Shown: positions 60,125-64,000 of the stretch, piece by piece
How the letters are laid out: each line of letters starts with the position of its first letter
How positions within the stretch are numbered: position 1 is the stretch's first letter
Origin: Candidatus Velthaea sp.
GTDB taxonomy: Bacteria > Vulcanimicrobiota > Vulcanimicrobiia > Vulcanimicrobiales > Vulcanimicrobiaceae
Length of the DNA: 64,000 bases
Reading direction: 5' to 3'
Assembly (NCBI GenBank): GCA_965214935.1
Contig: CBDCCS010000018.1
Span: 192,001 to 256,000 of the forward strand
Notes under the pieces: model-generated
What the model was told of the DNA's origin: nothing
Seen by the model: the letters and a program-made list of their open reading frames with translations, nothing else
Databases searched by the model: none
Program-made: the position numbers and the translations under genes

Positions 60125-60356
60125 GTCTTGGTCGATGAACGCAGCGATGTCAGCGCGGAACGTCTTGTAATCGATTTGCGGCAAATGAGCGGCGAATTTG
60201 TTGTCAAAAGTCGGGATGAACCTTCGTCAGACGATCGAAGTCAGGCGCCCACGGACACGCCATTGCAGGTAATGATAGAGGAGTCGCCACTTTCGAGTAC
60301 ACGAATGATTCGGTACTATCATTGCGCAGTTCGCTTTGCGTGATGATGCGTTCCAT
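60120..60356 (-). pseudogene. Phd/YefM family antitoxin relic
   Basis: MERIITQSELRNDS, then after frameshifts IIRVLESGDS.IITCNGVSVG and LPQIDYKTFRADIAAFIDQD; no cognate toxin follows. Confidence 0.7.
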
Positions 60357-60558
60357 ATCTGTCTTGCAGCACAAGGCCTGTAAAGCTGGTCGGTTGGGAG
60401 CATGTAGCTGTAGTTTTGATTTCGGCGACGTCCGCCGGTACGAGCCGAAGCAGAATGTTGCCGCCGAGAGTCCTGTTCTGAGGTCATTCCAACGGTCGGC
60501 TGCGCTTGTTTGCAGCGGATATTCTGGCGCGGAAGTGCTTGGGGCACGATCATTCGGC

Positions 60559-62850
60559 CTATTCGTGCGAACTCGACGCCGAAGTACACGACAGCATCGA
60601 GCTGATGGTCGGCGTCGCGGCGACCCCGGCGGCGATCGCGACTGCTCCGCACCGATCCGTCCGAAAGATCGAAGCACCCGCACGGCGCAATGTTTCCAGC
60701 GTGCTTGATGCGGGGTGGCCGAACAGGTTGTGCCGGCCGACGGACACGATCGCAAAGCGCGGATGCACGGCCTCGATGAATGCGGGACTCGACGAATACG
60801 CTGAACCGTGATGCCCGACTTTGAGGATATCGGCGCGCAGGTCGACGCCTTGAACGAGCAGCCGTTCTTCCGATTGAAAACCAGCGTCACCCATGAACAG
60901 CGCGCGCAATATTCCGTATTGCACGAGTACGACAAGCGAGTTCTCGTTCACGTCGTTCGCACCGTCCGTGAACGGAGGCCCGCATGGTGTCAGAAACGTC
61001 AGCTGTACCTCGTCATCGACCCAACGCTGATGGCAAGCCGGCACGATAACCGGTACTCGATGCCTTCGTGCTTCGGCAAGTCCGTCGTTATAAGCGTGCC
61101 CACCATAGCGTTGGCCGCTATCGGCGATCCACCCCACCGGCATCAGCCGTAAAATCCCAGCCGTTCCGCCGACGTGGTCGCCGTGAGGATGCGTCAGGAT
61201 TAGCGCATCGATTGATGTAATACCCGCGCGTTGCAAATACGGTAGCACGATACGCTCGGCGCTTCGTTCGGCCGGCGACTTCCCGTTCACCGGCGGCCCG
61301 CGTTCAAGCTTTCCGCCGGTGTCAATGAGAACCGTCCGGCCATGCGGCGTGCGGATGACCAGTGCGTCACCTTGACCGACGTCGAGCGCGGTGATTGAAA
61401 AGCCGTTGGTGCGTGGCAACCAGGCCGTCAGACCAACAAACGTACACGCGCCGGCGAACACGAACGCAGCGGCGCTCCGCTTGCGCGCAATCAGTGCAGC
61501 GCAAACAACGACGGCTCCATCGTACGCAGCAATCGCCCATGCCGGAGGCGGTGTCAGGCGCAAACGCGCGCCGGGGAGCTGCGCGATTGCATGCGTCGTC
61601 AAAAGCACCGCTGCAAGCAGCCACGTCGTCCAACTCGCAAAGACCGCGCTCAACGTAACGACGGGATGCGTGACGATTGTTGCAATGCCGCCGAGCAACA
61701 CGAGGCTGACGGTGGGAACAACGATCGCGTTTGCGAGCATCGCGTACGGCGCAACGTTAAAAAAGGTAGCAGCGGTCAGCGGCCAGACGCCGACCTGCGT
61801 TGCAAAAGTCAGCGCAAGCCCTTCGGCAATAACATGCGGCACCCGAAAAGCGGCTAATCGTTCGGTAAGCGGTTGCGCAAATAGCACGATCGCAGCGACG
61901 CATGAGAACGAAAGAACGAACGAGATACTTTGCACGGCGACGGGCCGAAATGCGGCGACCACGATCGCGGCAACGGCAAGGCTATTGAGCGACAGCGCAC
62001 GCGCACCGCATGCACGCGCAATCAACGCGATCGTTATCATCACGGCTGCACGTTGCGAGGGCAGATGCCACCCGCTCAACCAAGCATAGCTAAAGATTAG
62101 CGGGATGGTCGCCAAAGCCGCACCGATACGCGGCAGTTGCAATAGTGCGAAGACCGTCGTCGCGAGTGCGGCAATGACGCCCAGATGCAGTCCGGCGGTC
62201 ACTAAAACATGGACCGTGCCGGTCGCCTGAAAGTCGTCGCGAACATCTTGCGGCAAACTGCCGCGCTCGCCCCACAGCGCGCCGGCAAGCACCGTCGCTT
62301 CCGGCTCCGGCAGCGCGCGCCGAACGTACGCCGAAAGCATTTCGCGGCACAGCGCCGCCCAAATCCGCGGATCGCTGCGGTCCGGCGGCTCACGCTTAAG
62401 AATGCGCTGTATCGCTAACTCGCCGATCATTCCGTCATCGAGTGCAATGGCTCGCGCCGACGGTTCGCCCGGATTGCGCGGCTCGTCGATGGGCGAAATT
62501 CGCGCGCGGACGGTCAAACGTTCGCCGGCACGTACTCGCTGGGTGCCGACGGCATGCAGCGTGCCGACGCCGTCGACCGTCAAGGCATACGCATACGCGC
62601 CGCCTTCCGATCGAACGTCGCTTACCACGACACCGCTGTAGCGCGCCGTCGGACGCTCGCGATCGACAACCGCCGGATGTCCCCAGATCGCAGAAACGGC
62701 AAGCCCGATAAGCCCGCTTAACGCGACGTCACGCCGGAAAGCGGCGATCGCGATCGCGCACACAGCTGCGCTAAGCGTTACGCCGCGTTGTTCTGCGACG
62801 ATCGCTGCGAGAAGAGCGATTGCCGGCAACAGTAGCGGTGCGCGAATCAT
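60559..62850 (-). CDS. comEC: DNA internalization competence protein ComEC/Rec2
   Basis: RNPGE, TGTVHVLVTAGLH, RA..M, SF.LSF, DVGQGD, THPHGDHVGG, NENS, GDAG, KVGHHGS, FGHP, RTD..GA. Confidence 0.96.
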   Translation of the reverse strand: MIRAPLLLPAIALLAAIVAEQRGVTLSAAVCAIAIAAFRRDVALSGLIGLAVSAIWGHPAVVDRERPTARYSGVVVSDVRSEGGAYAYALTVDGVGTLHAVGTQRVRAGERLTVRARISPIDEPRNPGEPSARAIALDDGMIGELAIQRILKREPPDRSDPRIWAALCREMLSAYVRRALPEPEATVLAGALWGERGSLPQDVRDDFQATGTVHVLVTAGLHLGVIAALATTVFALLQLPRIGAALATIPLIFSYAWLSGWHLPSQRAAVMITIALIARACGARALSLNSLAVAAIVVAAFRPVAVQSISFVLSFSCVAAIVLFAQPLTERLAAFRVPHVIAEGLALTFATQVGVWPLTAATFFNVAPYAMLANAIVVPTVSLVLLGGIATIVTHPVVTLSAVFASWTTWLLAAVLLTTHAIAQLPGARLRLTPPPAWAIAAYDGAVVVCAALIARKRSAAAFVFAGACTFVGLTAWLPRTNGFSITALDVGQGDALVIRTPHGRTVLIDTGGKLERGPPVNGKSPAERSAERIVLPYLQRAGITSIDALILTHPHGDHVGGTAGILRLMPVGWIADSGQRYGGHAYNDGLAEARRHRVPVIVPACHQRWVDDEVQLTFLTPCGPPFTDGANDVNENSLVVLVQYGILRALFMGDAGFQSEERLLVQGVDLRADILKVGHHGSAYSSSPAFIEAVHPRFAIVSVGRHNLFGHPASSTLETLRRAGASIFRTDRCGAVAIAAGVAATPTISSMLSCTSASSSHE

Positions 62851-62916
62851 GCGAGCGACTATCACGCCGCAATCAATAGTGACTACTTGTCTAAAGCGGT
62901 CGTTCGGAACCGCCGG

Positions 62917-64000
62917 CTAATCGGGCGTTGTCGCGTTGGCCTTAACGATCGCGACGTGCGGCTGCGACAAGGTGCGGTGTGTTGACAGAAAGGCGACCGA
63001 TCGAACTTCGTAGTCTTGTCCGGGCTCGACCGCCAACGACGATACGTTGCCCTGCAACCTTGTCCGGAACATCGCCTCCGCGTCGCTCTGGCTCGTTGGA
63101 GCCGGGTCGACGACGATTCCATCAGACGCGGTTGCAGCGCTAATCTGTTCGATGACGGACGTTCCATCCGTAAAAGTAAACTTCAACGCCGGCAGCGTGA
63201 CCCTCCACAGAACCGAATGCATCCGTCCGCGAGGCGTTAATTCTAAATCGATTCGAGCTACGATGAAATTATCGCGCTTGGTATCCGGTAGGAGAAAGAG
63301 CTTTCGTCGTGTTTGGACTTGCAGCGGCCGGTCCCGACAGTTGTCGGCCGACCTGGCGAGCTCGACGAATCGTCGGCCGTCATTGCTGGTGACCGTTCCC
63401 CGTGCACGATATCGACAGAGTAATCCGCGGATTACCAGCGGGGCGTCAGCAAAGGCATACCGATTGCCGATCGTGGTAAAGCGGTATAAGATCGTGTCCG
63501 CTCCGCGCGCCGCAAGTGCGGCCGCGTCGAGATTGTCGAGAAGCGGTGTATAGGCGAGCATGAGCTGAAACATCGGCAATGGCCGATAGATCCCGTCGGA
63601 CAGGATAGCCGTGACGCTATCGGCCGGAAGCGCGTCGATCGTGTGGCCGCTCCAGCGCGGCTCGGGATTTCTAATTGCCGCGCCGGCAACGTCCGGTGGC
63701 GTTTGGAGATGATTGACCGAGTCCAACGTAGCGAGATGAATGAGCGCAGCGGCGCCGATGACCGTCGCGACGACGACGTCGCGGCGGCGAATGCTTCGGG
63801 CGATGACATACGCGGCAATAAGAGCTACGGTTGCGTAGAGATAGACACTATGCTCGACGCCTTGACGGACGATAGTATGTTTCCATCCCGGTATAAGAAT
63901 GCTGCAACAGATACCAGCGACGCGTGACCGTCCCGCGCGGCCCCAACATATGAGAAGTGCGAGGCAAATAACGATCGTGCCCACTGCTGCATGTGTTTCG
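62917..64000 (-). CDS. Membrane protein, C-terminal part (frame open to the window edge)
   Basis: TM segments, then a soluble domain with P..Q...AYTP.LD; resembles GT-C-like membrane proteins (weak). Confidence 0.6.
   Translation of the reverse strand, partial: ETHAAVGTIVICLALLICWGRAGRSRVAGICCSILIPGWKHTIVRQGVEHSVYLYATVALIAAYVIARSIRRRDVVVATVIGAAALIHLATLDSVNHLQTPPDVAGAAIRNPEPRWSGHTIDALPADSVTAILSDGIYRPLPMFQLMLAYTPLLDNLDAAALAARGADTILYRFTTIGNRYAFADAPLVIRGLLCRYRARGTVTSNDGRRFVELARSADNCRDRPLQVQTRRKLFLLPDTKRDNFIVARIDLELTPRGRMHSVLWRVTLPALKFTFTDGTSVIEQISAATASDGIVVDPAPTSQSDAEAMFRTRLQGNVSSLAVEPGQDYEVRSVAFLSTHRTLSQPHVAIVKANATTPD

Noticed and set aside
59981..60972. comEC internal repeat as a DGR template/variable repeat pair
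   Set aside because: Mismatches are not adenine-specific, fall mostly in synonymous codons, and there is no reverse transcriptase in the window.
1..64000. CRISPR arrays, tRNA/rRNA, IS elements, prophage
   Set aside because: No regularly spaced repeats, cloverleaf or rRNA-like tracts, and no transposase, integrase or phage motifs seen by eye.

Overview
GC-rich, gene-dense chromosomal window from a diderm bacterium. The TonB-dependent receptors with carboxypeptidase-like N-domains and Pro/Ser-rich linkers suggest Candidatus Eremiobacterota/Vulcanimicrobiota, but this is inference only. I found no rRNA, tRNA, CRISPR array, integrase or intact mobile element. Content in order: partial P450, kup, azoR/TetR, an outer-membrane uptake cluster (two TBDRs, a secreted protein, a beta-barrel-like protein), galKT, an RCK K+ channel, two transglutaminases, hom-ICMT-ppc-NitT/TauT ABC, a TonB-like protein, a P-II-like protein, a 6x DUF11-like protein, sugar SDRs with an SSS symporter, aldB/DUF779, GlxA and HxlR modules, an nrtR-SPFH-NAD kinase-like operon, and comEC with a mosaic scar. 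Best candidate for a new system: a membrane leader protein ending in a RAPP ribosome-arrest motif, followed at once by an anti-Shine-Dalgarno that can pair with the RBS of the downstream TBDR (10870-11416). Other highlights are a K+ channel with a TVGGG filter, a PEP carboxylase with two aspartate-inhibition residues replaced by Val, a 55-aa C2H2 zinc-finger ORF below the ORF-track cutoff, tandem NrtR-like operators over a canonical promoter, and a comEC/antitoxin recombination scar. Several single-base frameshifts suggest uncorrected assembly indels, so all pseudogene calls are provisional. All family calls come from motif recognition; no searches were run.
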